Position numbers and translations under genes: made by a program
Part shown: positions 42,966 through 51,511 of the stretch, in pieces
Layout of the letters: the number at the start of each line of letters is the position of its first letter
Numbering within the stretch: the stretch's first letter is position 1
Notes under the pieces: model-generated
Database searches by the model: none
What the model saw: only the letters and a program-made list of their open reading frames with translations
Told to the model about the DNA's origin: nothing
Source of the DNA: an uncultured Bacteroidaceae bacterium
GTDB lineage: Bacteria > Bacillota > Clostridia > Christensenellales > CAG-917
Direction of reading: 5' to 3'
Assembly: GCA_964637515.1 (NCBI GenBank)
Contig: CAZWUI010000001.1
Coordinates: forward strand, 45,739 to 109,738
DNA length: 64,000 bases

Positions 42966-44241
42966 ACTCTATCAACTCGTCGATATTTTTCTCAAGAATA
43001 TCGAAAAATTTATTGATGATTTTGTCGTCGTCTTCGTTTCCGCAGATTGCAATTGAAAACGTCACTGCATTTTCAAACGTTATCAATGCAAGTTGCATAT
43101 ACGGTTTGCTTTTGATTGCGCCCGTATACCAACCGTCGTAGGGAAGAAAATTTCCCATGCGATATTGCTCGGGTTTTATAGAGCCGATATTGCTCATGCC
43201 GATATACGGATTCGTATACCCTATCTTTATTGCGGTTTCGCTCAAAAAATGCGGAAGAATGGTGTAGGCAAGATTGAGAAGGGGTATGCCGTAGAGCCCC
43301 AAAAACTTGTCAGTCTTGTTGTCTTTCATCGCAAGAGCGACTTTCATCAAAGTTTCTTCGACGTCCTTGCCCACTCCGTCAACCGTGCAAGACATAAACC
43401 CCGTATGGTTGGTGAGTCCTGTTTCCGCACCGCCGTTTTTCATATGACGACGAAGGTCAACCATGCTTTGTACGGTGAGAGAATCTCCGTCTGTCAAGCC
43501 TATGATTTCGTAGAGAGAGCGGAAATAGACGGCAAGCATAACGTCATTCAAGGTGTATCCCATACGCTTGCCCGCCATGCGAAGTGCACCGAATTTTTCA
43601 CCGTCAATCTTTCGTCTTATCACCCTATTGCAATCTCCGTCACGTTTTTCGGTGAGCGGGAAAAGGTGCTTGCATTTGACTGCGCTAACGTTCTTAAAAA
43701 GTCCCCTTGCGGTCTTTTCGTCCTCGTCGCTCATTGACGAATAAACCATAGCATAATCACGAGAACCGTGTTTTATCTGCAAGTTTTGGTCGCCTAAAGT
43801 CAGTTTTGTGTAATTTGCGCACAAAGTCGTGACGAAGTATTTGAAATCCCCGCCGTCAAAACACATATGGTTCGACACCATAACGAAAGCGGTCTTGTCG
43901 CCGTGATAGAAGAGTGCGATTTGCACTTGCACGTTCTTCTCGATAGGTATCCTTTGCGTGACGAATTTTTCGACTGCGCCATCAAGGTCGTCCACGTCTT
44001 TTGCGGTCAACACGTCCCATACGTCGAAGTCCACCGTCGTCCAATACGGTTTGATCGGATTGTTGTGATATAGGCTGTGCAGGACGGGCACATTGTCAAG
44101 CTGAAAGCGCAGGGCTTTTGCAAACAAGTCCTTGTCGATACGACCGTCGAAATACAAGACGCAGTGCATCATCCTGTCATAGTAGTTGCGGAAAAGATAT
44201 TGCGTTTTGTCCCAGAGTTCCGCCTTGAGTTTGTTCTTCAT
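42946..44241 (-). CDS. stand-alone condensation-domain-like acyltransferase (HxxxDG superfamily), paralogue 2
   Basis: 431 aa. The motif NHMCFDGGD (His125..Gly130, nt 43852-43869) is the HHxxxDG-type active site of the condensation/CAT/PapA5/WS-DGAT superfamily. Start ATG 44241 with SD AGGTG. Confidence 0.65.
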   Translation of the reverse strand: MKNKLKAELWDKTQYLFRNYYDRMMHCVLYFDGRIDKDLFAKALRFQLDNVPVLHSLYHNNPIKPYWTTVDFDVWDVLTAKDVDDLDGAVEKFVTQRIPIEKNVQVQIALFYHGDKTAFVMVSNHMCFDGGDFKYFVTTLCANYTKLTLGDQNLQIKHGSRDYAMVYSSMSDEDEKTARGLFKNVSAVKCKHLFPLTEKRDGDCNRVIRRKIDGEKFGALRMAGKRMGYTLNDVMLAVYFRSLYEIIGLTDGDSLTVQSMVDLRRHMKNGGAETGLTNHTGFMSCTVDGVGKDVEETLMKVALAMKDNKTDKFLGLYGIPLLNLAYTILPHFLSETAIKIGYTNPYIGMSNIGSIKPEQYRMGNFLPYDGWYTGAIKSKPYMQLALITFENAVTFSIAICGNEDDDKIINKFFDILEKNIDELIEYEKAKG

Positions 44242-44333
44242 ATATACACCTGAAAACTTATTTCCGTTAGCAATCAAATTTTAGCATAGCAACCGCATTT
44301 CGGCAAACAAAAATTGCACGCTTTGCGAGAGTA

Positions 44334-44358
44334 AAGAAAAAAGCCCTCTTTCGAGGGC
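44334..44358 (-). terminator. rho-independent terminator between the two condensation-like paralogues
   Basis: Minus strand reads gccctc-gaaa-gagggc followed by TTTTTTcttt. Confidence 0.65.
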
Positions 44359-44373
44359 GTTTTCCCACTGATA

Positions 44374-45675
44374 TTATTCGGATATTCTGCTTTCGTTGAG
44401 AGCGATGAAATCGTCCACGTTTTTGATGAGTATGTCGAAAAACTCGTTGACTTTCTCTTCGTCTCGGTCGTTGCCCCTGATTGCGACCGTCATCGTCACT
44501 TCACCGTATAAGGTCGTGAGTGCAAGTTGCATATAGGGTTTATATTTGACCGCGCCCGTCATGAATCCGTCCACTATGTTGCAATCGCCCATTTTCAATG
44601 CGCCGTCGTCGAGAAGTCCGATATTGCTCATGCCGATAAGGGGATTGAGATAACCGATTTTGATTGCGGTTTCGCTGATGATATAGGGAAATATCGCATA
44701 TGCAAGTTTGAGCAAAGGCAAACTGTATAATCCCATATACGGATCTTTTTTGGATTTGCGGACGGAGCGCAAGACTTCGACGAGAGTGTCGTTGATTGTC
44801 GCGCCCTTTTTCTCGGTGGAACACTGCATAAATCCGGTGTGATTGGTGAGTCCGGTTTCCGCACCGCCCCCAACGATATGACGGCGCAAGTCAACCATGC
44901 AAGGAATGGTCAGAGTTTCATCGTCCTTGAACATACCGATTTCGTAGAGAGAGCGGATATAGAAAGCAAGCATCATATCGTTGACGGTGACGTCGAGTGC
45001 TTTGCCGATTTTTCTGACCTTTGCAAACTTATCTCTCGTGATCTTGCGACGGACTATTCTCGTGACGTCGTCGCTTGACGGCTCGGTGAGAGGGAAGAAA
45101 TGTTCGTCCTTGACTTGACTGATATTTTTGTAGAGTTTTTTGGCGGTTTCTAGTTCTTCGCCGGTGAGCTTTGAATAGACCGCGTCGTAACTACGGCTAC
45201 CCGTCTTGATTGACAAACTTCTATCCCCCGCGATCAACTTGTTGTAGTTTTCGGCAAGTTTCTTCATGAAGTATTTCAAGTCCCCGCCGTCGCAACACAT
45301 ATGATTGATGATGATTGCGATAGTGTCCTTTCCGCCCGAGTGGAAGAGGGCAAAACGAAGTTGCACGTTGCTGTCAACCGGTATGCTTTGGCAGATGAAT
45401 GCGTTTATATCTTTTTCAAGGTCGTCGCTGTCCTTTTCGAGAAAGAAGTCGTTCAAGGAATAGTCTTCGACGGTCCAGTACGGCTCGACCGCATTGCCGT
45501 GGAAAGCACTGTGCAAGACGGGTTCTTTTTCGAGCGTCCAGATGAGGACTTGTTTCAAAGCGGACACGTTCAAAGCGCCGTCGTAATACTGCACGCAGTG
45601 CACCATTCTATCGTAGTAATTGCGGAATAGATATTGCATCTTGTCCCAAAGTTCTGCTTTCAATATTTTTTCCAT
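44374..45675 (-). CDS. stand-alone condensation-domain-like acyltransferase (HxxxDG superfamily), paralogue 1
   Basis: 433 aa, alignable end to end with 42946..44241 (KAELWDKxQYLFRNYYDRMxHCV..; NHMCCDGGD at nt 45286-45303; ..GLTNHTGFM..; ..YMQLAL..). Confidence 0.65.
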   Translation of the reverse strand: MEKILKAELWDKMQYLFRNYYDRMVHCVQYYDGALNVSALKQVLIWTLEKEPVLHSAFHGNAVEPYWTVEDYSLNDFFLEKDSDDLEKDINAFICQSIPVDSNVQLRFALFHSGGKDTIAIIINHMCCDGGDLKYFMKKLAENYNKLIAGDRSLSIKTGSRSYDAVYSKLTGEELETAKKLYKNISQVKDEHFFPLTEPSSDDVTRIVRRKITRDKFAKVRKIGKALDVTVNDMMLAFYIRSLYEIGMFKDDETLTIPCMVDLRRHIVGGGAETGLTNHTGFMQCSTEKKGATINDTLVEVLRSVRKSKKDPYMGLYSLPLLKLAYAIFPYIISETAIKIGYLNPLIGMSNIGLLDDGALKMGDCNIVDGFMTGAVKYKPYMQLALTTLYGEVTMTVAIRGNDRDEEKVNEFFDILIKNVDDFIALNESRISE

Positions 45676-45738
45676 AACACACCTTTAACGTTGCGTTTTG
45701 CACGCTTAAACTATAAGTTTTGCGATTTCAGTCGACGA

Positions 45739-46584
45739 TTAGTCTTTCCAAGTCGTGTAGTAAGACTCGTCTTCTTTGACGTGCTTCTTGTTGATTTTTT
45801 CGGTTTCTTTTTCCGCCTTGCGTTTGTTGCGGATTGCCACGAATGCGATCAGTTCACCGATGCCGAACAACACGCCGACAAGGCAGAGCAACCACAAAGG
45901 ATGCCACACGTGAGTCACGATTCCGAGAATGACGAAGAGCATAACCGAGAACACTTCGACAAAAACAGGAAGTTCGATATATCTGAATTTGTTCGAGGTC
46001 ACGAATGCGATTGCGGTGTCAACGCCAAGCACGAGAGCAACCATTGCAAGGAAGGTCATCCATGCGCCCGAAAGATTGACGACAAGTTGAAGAATCAAAA
46101 ACACGAACACGGATATGAGTATCTCCGCCACCGCCGCAAGCAGACGAAGCACAATATACTTTTTGTTCTTCATAAGTTTGGGAACGGTGAATCCCATGAT
46201 CGTGATGACGCCCGCGAACACTCCGCCCACCATGATGAGCCAAGTAGGATGCCACACGTGCGCCACAAAACCTACGATGAGATAGGTGAGAGTGAGCACC
46301 GCCGCCACCGCAAGAGAGATGACTGCGCCAAGACTGATTTTTCTCTTGACTGCATCCGTCTTGACTTCTCTTTCGTCAAATTCTTTGAGAGTTTCCGCGA
46401 AGTCGCCGAGTTCGTCTATGCAGGTGAGATAGATGAGTTCTTCGTCGTCGATACCCTTGATTTTGAGTTCTTGCGCTCTATCCATAAGGTTTGTAAGGGT
46501 TTCTTCGCGCAGTTGCATTGCCGCATACGTCGGACGGATTGCCCTGAATTGTTCTTCGAGATACTTTTTGAATTTCTCTTTCAT
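45739..46584 (-). CDS. hypothetical polytopic membrane protein with soluble helical N-domain and an internal duplication
   Basis: The N-terminal ~75 aa are helical (KYLEEQFRAIR..ELKIKGIDDEELIYLTCIDELGDFAETL). Two similar TM blocks then carry HVWHPTWLIMVGGVF and HVWHPLWLLCLVGVLF. Confidence 0.5.
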   Translation of the reverse strand: MKEKFKKYLEEQFRAIRPTYAAMQLREETLTNLMDRAQELKIKGIDDEELIYLTCIDELGDFAETLKEFDEREVKTDAVKRKISLGAVISLAVAAVLTLTYLIVGFVAHVWHPTWLIMVGGVFAGVITIMGFTVPKLMKNKKYIVLRLLAAVAEILISVFVFLILQLVVNLSGAWMTFLAMVALVLGVDTAIAFVTSNKFRYIELPVFVEVFSVMLFVILGIVTHVWHPLWLLCLVGVLFGIGELIAFVAIRNKRKAEKETEKINKKHVKEDESYYTTWKD

Positions 46585-46722
46585 TGTGGTTTTCCTCGTT
46601 TTGTAAGGTTGATTTCACTCTAAAAACGCACGAGTGCGAATTTGGTTACAGTATTTTTGAAAATTTTTATTTTTGTATTTTACGCGGATTTATCTTTTCA
46701 AAACCGCTTTGAAATTTCCACG

Positions 46723-46746
46723 AAAAAACGCTCCGTATAGAGCGTT
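46723..46746 (-). terminator. rho-independent terminator after the anti-sigma gene
   Basis: Minus strand has stem aacgctc/gagcgtt followed by TTTTTT. Confidence 0.6.
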
Positions 46747-46770
46747 TCCCCGTTTTATCGTACAAGTTTA

Positions 46771-47319
46771 TTATGCCTGTTCAACGTCGATCACCCTGAT
46801 TTCTCCCGTCCTTGAGTCGATTTCGATTTCAAGTTCGTATCCACCGGGTTGTTTCACTTCGATTTCGTACTTATAGTACGAACGAGCAAGATTGCTTTCG
46901 TAGACGACGTCTTTGTCGAAGTCGGTGACGAGAATTTTTTCAAGTCCGCTATCGCTATAATAGTTGTTTCTGTAATAGTCGATTGCGATTTCCTTTGCGT
47001 AATCCGCACCAATCGTCGCTTGTTTTTTTGCGGAGCCTATCGCAGTCCCGAACACTCCGCCGAGCACCGCACCCGCTACCACTATCAACACCGCCACGGA
47101 CACGATGAGCGCTCTCAACACCGATTTTACGTTGTGTTGTTTTTTCGCTTTTTTGATGCTATCGTCGTCCGCTTCTTCAAATTCTATGGGTTTCGCTTTT
47201 GACGCCTCGATGATTTCACCGAGTTTTCTTGCTTTTTCGATTTCTTCTTCTACGTAGGCGATTTCTTCATCTGTCGCCGTACCATTCATATACTTTTCAT
47301 ATAAGGTTTCAAAACTCAT
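46771..47319 (-). CDS. putative anti-sigma factor: single-pass membrane protein with extracytoplasmic PepSY domain
   Basis: Overlaps the sigma gene stop (ATGA). It has a cytoplasmic helix, a TM (VLRALIVSVAVLIVVAGAVLGGVFG) and a PepSY-like C-domain (GADYAKEIAIDYY..YKYEIEVKQPGGYELEIEIDSRTGEI). No zinc (HxxxCxxC) motif. Confidence 0.6.
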   Translation of the reverse strand: MSFETLYEKYMNGTATDEEIAYVEEEIEKARKLGEIIEASKAKPIEFEEADDDSIKKAKKQHNVKSVLRALIVSVAVLIVVAGAVLGGVFGTAIGSAKKQATIGADYAKEIAIDYYRNNYYSDSGLEKILVTDFDKDVVYESNLARSYYKYEIEVKQPGGYELEIEIDSRTGEIRVIDVEQA

Positions 47320-47798
47320 TTTTCGTTCTCCAATATTTTTTTCAGATTTTCTCTTGCCCTGTAAAGCAGGACTTTCACGTTGTCTTCAGTCTTCTCCGTG
47401 ACCGCTGCTATGTCTTTGATTTTGAGGTCCTCGAAGTAGAACAACAACACAACTTCTCTCTGCGAGTCGGGCAACAACTCTATCGCTTTATATAGTGCCT
47501 GATACTGCTCGTCACGGATGATTTTCTCGACCGCCTGTTCGCTCTCGTCGACGACGTCTTCGGAAAGGTCGGCGTATCGTTTCCGCTTTTTCAGTGTGTC
47601 GAAACAGACGTTTCTACACACCTTGATGAGCCACGGTTTGAAGTTTTTAATGTCGTCGTCCGCACTTCTCAACGCCTTGTAAAACGCAGTCGAAACGATC
47701 TCTTCCGCAAGGTGCTTGTTGGCGGTCAAAGACAGCGTGTAGAGCAGTGCGCCGTTATAATACTTCTTGAACAACTCCTCTACAACGTCGTTTCTCAT
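47316..47798 (-). CDS. ECF-type RNA polymerase sigma-70 family factor
   Basis: 160 aa. Region 2 (AEEIVSTAFYKAL..FKPWLIKVCRNVCFDTLKKRK) and region 4 (LPDSQREVVLLFYFEDLKIKDIAAVTEKTEDNVKVLLYRAR) are recognisable. Confidence 0.85.
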   Translation of the reverse strand: MRNDVVEELFKKYYNGALLYTLSLTANKHLAEEIVSTAFYKALRSADDDIKNFKPWLIKVCRNVCFDTLKKRKRYADLSEDVVDESEQAVEKIIRDEQYQALYKAIELLPDSQREVVLLFYFEDLKIKDIAAVTEKTEDNVKVLLYRARENLKKILENEK

Positions 47799-47803
47799 AG
47801 TCT

Positions 47804-48838
47804 TTAATCGTCGATCTCCTTTTCGACGGAGAGAATATCTCCGGTTTTTGCGTTAATCACGTATTCGTACTCGTAGCCGTCTGCCTTGAACTCGACTTCA
47901 TAGACGTACACGCCTTTCTTGACTTCGAGTTTTGCTTCCTTTCCGTAGATCGCGGATTCGGGGACTGCGGAGTGCGCTATTGCGATTGCGGTAGCGTTTT
48001 CTGCGCCTATGTTGCCTGCGGGAGCGGTCACGCTCTTATCCGTTTCGGTTTCCTTCTTGATTATCGTGCCAGATACCGCGTTGATTTCGTATTCGTATTC
48101 GACGGTGCCCGCAACGAATTTCACTTCGTAAACGTACTGACCGTATTCGGTGTCGAGCTTGACTTTCTCGAAGACTGCGGCGGCGGAGTCTATGCCACTA
48201 TCGGCAAGTGCGATTTCTTTTGCGCGGCCCACGGTGATGAACACTGTTTCGTCCGAAGTCGCAGGAAGTTTCGTGGTCACGTTGTCCACTTCGACCTTGT
48301 AGATTTCACCGCTTTCTGCGACGATTTCGTAGTCGTATTCTTTTCCGCCGTAAGTAAATTCGATTTTGTAGAGATATTTGCCGTCGTCGAAGTCAAATTT
48401 GCTCTCAAGTCCCAATACGTCCTGCGCGGCGCATCCGACGTCTTCAAACGCTATTTCTCTTGCGTGGTCGGCGCCGATATAGTTAGATGCGGGATTGGAC
48501 GGGGGGACGGGGACATCGTTTTTGTCGATTGCCTTGTCGTTTATCGCAACTTTCTCTATGTCTCCGTTTGCGGTGTTGATACGGTAGGTATATTTCACGC
48601 CCTCCACCGTAAATTCGACTTGATAGAACGTTCCGCCTTTTCTCTCTTCTGGGACGACGCTTGCATTCTGCACGTCCTCTGCGGGAAGTCCCGAGTGCTT
48701 AATCGCAATCTCTTTTGCTTGCGCCACCGTGACGTTGTAGGCATCGAAGCCTTTTTCACCGTCGCAAGCGACGAGAGCAATCGTAGCCGATGCGATTATC
48801 GCTATTGCAAGTATTATTATAATTGATTTTCTTTTCAT
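47804..48838 (-). CDS. lipoprotein with four tandem PepSY domains
   Basis: Signal peptide plus lipobox (IALVAC|DGEKG). Four repeats follow of the form ..A(K/R)EIA(I/L/F)..G....(V/A)......E.(D/K)(D/G)G.Y.YE(V/I)EF...G.EY.Y.I(N/V)A.(S/T)G.I. Start ATG 48838 is preferred over 48844 on SD spacing. Confidence 0.8.
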   Translation of the reverse strand: MKRKSIIIILAIAIIASATIALVACDGEKGFDAYNVTVAQAKEIAIKHSGLPAEDVQNASVVPEERKGGTFYQVEFTVEGVKYTYRINTANGDIEKVAINDKAIDKNDVPVPPSNPASNYIGADHAREIAFEDVGCAAQDVLGLESKFDFDDGKYLYKIEFTYGGKEYDYEIVAESGEIYKVEVDNVTTKLPATSDETVFITVGRAKEIALADSGIDSAAAVFEKVKLDTEYGQYVYEVKFVAGTVEYEYEINAVSGTIIKKETETDKSVTAPAGNIGAENATAIAIAHSAVPESAIYGKEAKLEVKKGVYVYEVEFKADGYEYEYVINAKTGDILSVEKEIDD

Positions 48839-49099
48839 TGTCATTACCCTTTTTTACGAGACGGTGCTCTTTTTATGCGCATTTCGTATATAAGACCGTT
48901 TTGAGCGGCAAAAGGTTACACTTTTTTCAGAAATTTTTTTGGAAAAACTTCTTGCGATGAGATTTTGTTTCTCAGCAACCGCCGAAAATTCACACGAAAT
49001 TTCCCGCGCATACGCAATCAAAATATCCGCATACGCACATATACGCTATACGTATATATAAAAATAAATACGATTTTTCAAAACAAATGCGTCAAATCG

Positions 49100-49128
49100 T
49101 TTGACAACCACCCCGCGAATGAGTATTA
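49100..49128 (+). promoter_or_regulatory. consensus sigma-A promoter of rplJ-rplL
   Basis: TTGACA (49100-49105), a 17-nt spacer, then TATTAT (49123-49128). Confidence 0.7.
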
Positions 49129-49280
49129 TATACTCGTTTCCAAAGACAGCAAGTGGACTCCGTCCGTAAGCATAGCGCTTGCCGAGGATGAACTGAATAC
49201 GTACTTGTATCGTGTGTCATTCCGTCTTTGGAGTGGCATTTTTAATATCCGACGCGGTCGGAAATAAATAGGAGGTAAAA
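49129..49280 (+). promoter_or_regulatory. structured ~145-nt 5' leader of rplJ (position and shape of an L10-leader autoregulatory element)
   Basis: Long-range helix tccaaagac (49138-49146) / gtctttgga (49223-49231) encloses internal stems. A small hairpin tccgac-gcg-gtcgga then sits just before the SD AGGAGGT. Family identity not verified. Confidence 0.45.
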
Positions 49281-49787
49281 ATGGCATCCAAAGAAATTCT
49301 TGAACAAAAGGCTCAACACGTTGAAGAAATCAAAAGCAAGATTTCAGCGGCAAAAGGTCTCGTCGTCATCGACTATATGGGACTCACCGTCGCAGAAGAC
49401 ACCGCTTTCCGCAAGGATATGAGAACCGCAGGTATCCACTACCAAGTCCTCAAAAACCGTCTTGTCCAACGCGCTTTCAATGAACTCGGCTACACCCAAT
49501 TCGACGAAGCACTCAACGGACCTACGGCAATCGCTTTCTCTGATAGCGACGCAACCGTCCCTGCAAAAGTCATCTTCGACAACATCAAAAAATTCAACAA
49601 GATGAAGGCAAAATGCGGTATGGTCGAAGGCGAATACCTCGACGATAAAGGCATCAAAGAAATCGCATCCATCCCTTCAAGAGAAATCCTTCTCTCCAAG
49701 ATGCTCGGAAGCATGCAAGCACCTATATCCGGTCTTGCTCGCGTGCTCAGCAGAATCGCGGAAGCAAAAGAACAAGCACAAGGCTAA
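49281..49787 (+). CDS. rplJ: 50S ribosomal protein L10
   Basis: MASKEILEQKAQHVEEIKSKISAAKGLVVIDYMGLTVAEDTAFRKDMRTAGIHYQVLKNRL.., canonical L10. Confidence 0.95.
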   Translation: MASKEILEQKAQHVEEIKSKISAAKGLVVIDYMGLTVAEDTAFRKDMRTAGIHYQVLKNRLVQRAFNELGYTQFDEALNGPTAIAFSDSDATVPAKVIFDNIKKFNKMKAKCGMVEGEYLDDKGIKEIASIPSREILLSKMLGSMQAPISGLARVLSRIAEAKEQAQG

Positions 49788-49850
49788 TACGCCACACTAC
49801 ACAAGTCGGGCTTACGCCCAAAATTATTAAAAATTAAGGAGTATATAACA

Positions 49851-50222
49851 ATGGCAGATATCCAAAAACTTATGGAAGAAATCAAAAGCATGACCGTTCT
49901 CGAACTCAACAACTTCGTGAAAGCACTTGAAGAAGAATTCGGCGTCAGCGCAGCAGCACCCGTAGCAGTCGTCGCAGGAGCAGCAGATGCAGCACCCGCA
50001 GAAGAAGAAAAGACCGAATTTGACGTCGTCCTCAAAGAAATCGGCGCAAACAAAGTTGCAGTCATCAAAGTCGTCAAAGAAATCACCGGACTCGGCCTTG
50101 TCGAAGCAAAGGCAGTCGTCGACGGAGCACCCAAGACCGTCAAAGAACAACTCCCGAAAGCAGACGCAGAAGCAATCGTCGAAAAGTTCAAAGCAGCCGG
50201 CGCAGTCGCAGAACTCAAGTAA
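49851..50222 (+). CDS. rplL: 50S ribosomal protein L7/L12
   Basis: N-terminal dimerisation helix, an Ala-rich hinge ([20 protein letters not shown]) and the C-domain ..[32 protein letters not shown].. Confidence 0.95.
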   Translation: MADIQKLMEEIKSMTVLELNNFVKALEEEFGVSAAAPVAVVAGAADAAPAEEEKTEFDVVLKEIGANKVAVIKVVKEITGLGLVEAKAVVDGAPKTVKEQLPKADAEAIVEKFKAAGAVAELK

Positions 50223-50243
50223 TTATCAATTCAACCAAAACAA

Positions 50244-50276
50244 AAAACCGCTTTCCTACGAAAGCGGTTTTTTTCT
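50244..50276 (+). terminator. rho-independent terminator after rplL
   Basis: aaccgctttc-ctac-gaaagcggtt followed by TTTTTT. Confidence 0.8.
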
Positions 50277-50360
50277 ACAACTCACGCACAACCTCGTCCG
50301 TGCATTCGATTTCCGAAAAACAATTCGGAAAATATTTTGCGTGTCTGCGCTATAAGAGAA

Positions 50361-50386
50361 AAGCACCGAAAAATCGGTGCTTTTTG
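50361..50386. terminator. bidirectional terminator downstream of rpsI (and second stop for rplJL read-through)
   Basis: gcaccga-aaaa-tcggtgc, with a T-run on both strands. Confidence 0.65.
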
Positions 50387-50413
50387 AATGGTATTTTTGG
50401 TGATAACGTGAAG

Positions 50414-50830
50414 TTAACGTTTGCTGAATTGAGGGGCTTTACGTGCTTTGTGGAGGCCGTATTTCTTACGTTCTTTCGCTCTGGGATCGCGGGTGAGGTA
50501 ACCTGCTTTCTTGAGTGCGGAGCGATATGCTTCGGTGTCTGCCACGCAAAGTGCTCTTGCGATACCGTGACGGATTGCGCCTGCTTGGCCGGTCATTCCG
50601 CCGCCGTAGACGTTGACTGCGACGTCAAACTTGTCTTTGGTGGAAGTGAGAACGAGGGGTTGTTCGACGATCATTCTCATGGTGTCCACGGGGAAGTAAT
50701 CTTCAAAGGTACGACCGTTGATGACGATGGTGCCTTCTCCGCCGGGGATAAGACGAACTCTTGCGATTGCTTTTTTACGTCTGCCGGTGCCGAGATATTG
50801 AACTTTTTTCGCTGCTTTTTTAGTCGCCAT
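50414..50830 (-). CDS. rpsI: 30S ribosomal protein S9
   Basis: ..[24 protein letters not shown]....YF.. and C-terminal ..[28 protein letters not shown]. Confidence 0.95.
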   Translation of the reverse strand: MATKKAAKKVQYLGTGRRKKAIARVRLIPGGEGTIVINGRTFEDYFPVDTMRMIVEQPLVLTSTKDKFDVAVNVYGGGMTGQAGAIRHGIARALCVADTEAYRSALKKAGYLTRDPRAKERKKYGLHKARKAPQFSKR

Positions 50831-50840
50831 AATTCACCTC

Positions 50841-51305
50841 TTACTTCAATTCGAGAGTTTCAGGGCATTGTGCCTGATGATTGTGTTCGCTTCCCGCATA
50901 GGTACGGAGTTTCTTGAGCATTTGGGTGCCGAGAGTGTTCTTGGGGAGCATGCCTTTGACTGCTTTGTAGACGACGAATTCAGGTCTTTCTTTCATGAGT
51001 TTCTTGTATTGAATCTCTTTGAGACCGCCGACGAAACCGGAGTGATAACGATAGTATTTGTCTTCGAGTTTTTTGCCGGTGAGGACGACTTTGTCGCAGT
51101 TGATGACGATAACGTGATCGCCGCAGTCAACGTGAGGGGTATATTCGGGTTTGTTCTTGCCTTTGAGAATGGATGCGACTTGGGACGCGAGTCTACCGAG
51201 AACCATATCGGTTGCATCGACGACGTACCATTTGCTTTCCACTTCGCCGGGCTTTGCCATATAAGACTTATTGTTGTTTGCCATGTTGGACAAATCTTTG
51301 GCCAT
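50841..51305 (-). CDS. rplM: 50S ribosomal protein L13
   Basis: ..[55 protein letters not shown].. ATG 51305 is preceded by GGAGGT at 6 nt, which gives a ~12-aa N-terminal extension relative to typical L13. Confidence 0.9.
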   Translation of the reverse strand: MAKDLSNMANNNKSYMAKPGEVESKWYVVDATDMVLGRLASQVASILKGKNKPEYTPHVDCGDHVIVINCDKVVLTGKKLEDKYYRYHSGFVGGLKEIQYKKLMKERPEFVVYKAVKGMLPKNTLGTQMLKKLRTYAGSEHNHQAQCPETLELK

Positions 51306-51511
51306 AGCGGACCTCCAAATTTTTCAGTATTTTCTTTTGACCGATCGCGGTCGTGGGACGGAGTCCCTGTATATAGACTGCGGTTCAAGGGGCTAGTTCT
51401 CCCCGCAATAAACTTCTATAAGCTTTGTAATAATATAAAATAACAGAAAAGATGTCAAGCAATTTTCGACACCTTTTCGTTTTTTCCGAAATTTAGCGGT
51501 TGCCGCCACGC

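Noticed and set aside
48965-49267. 100-aa '+' ORF upstream of rplJ.
   Set aside because: It spans the rplJ promoter and structured leader, has no SD, and its translation is low-complexity and basic. It is better explained as regulatory RNA.
51306-51511. L13 leader RNA upstream of rplM.
   Set aside because: A ~200-nt untranslated region exists, but I could not identify convincing conserved structure by eye. It is left unannotated pending an Rfam scan.
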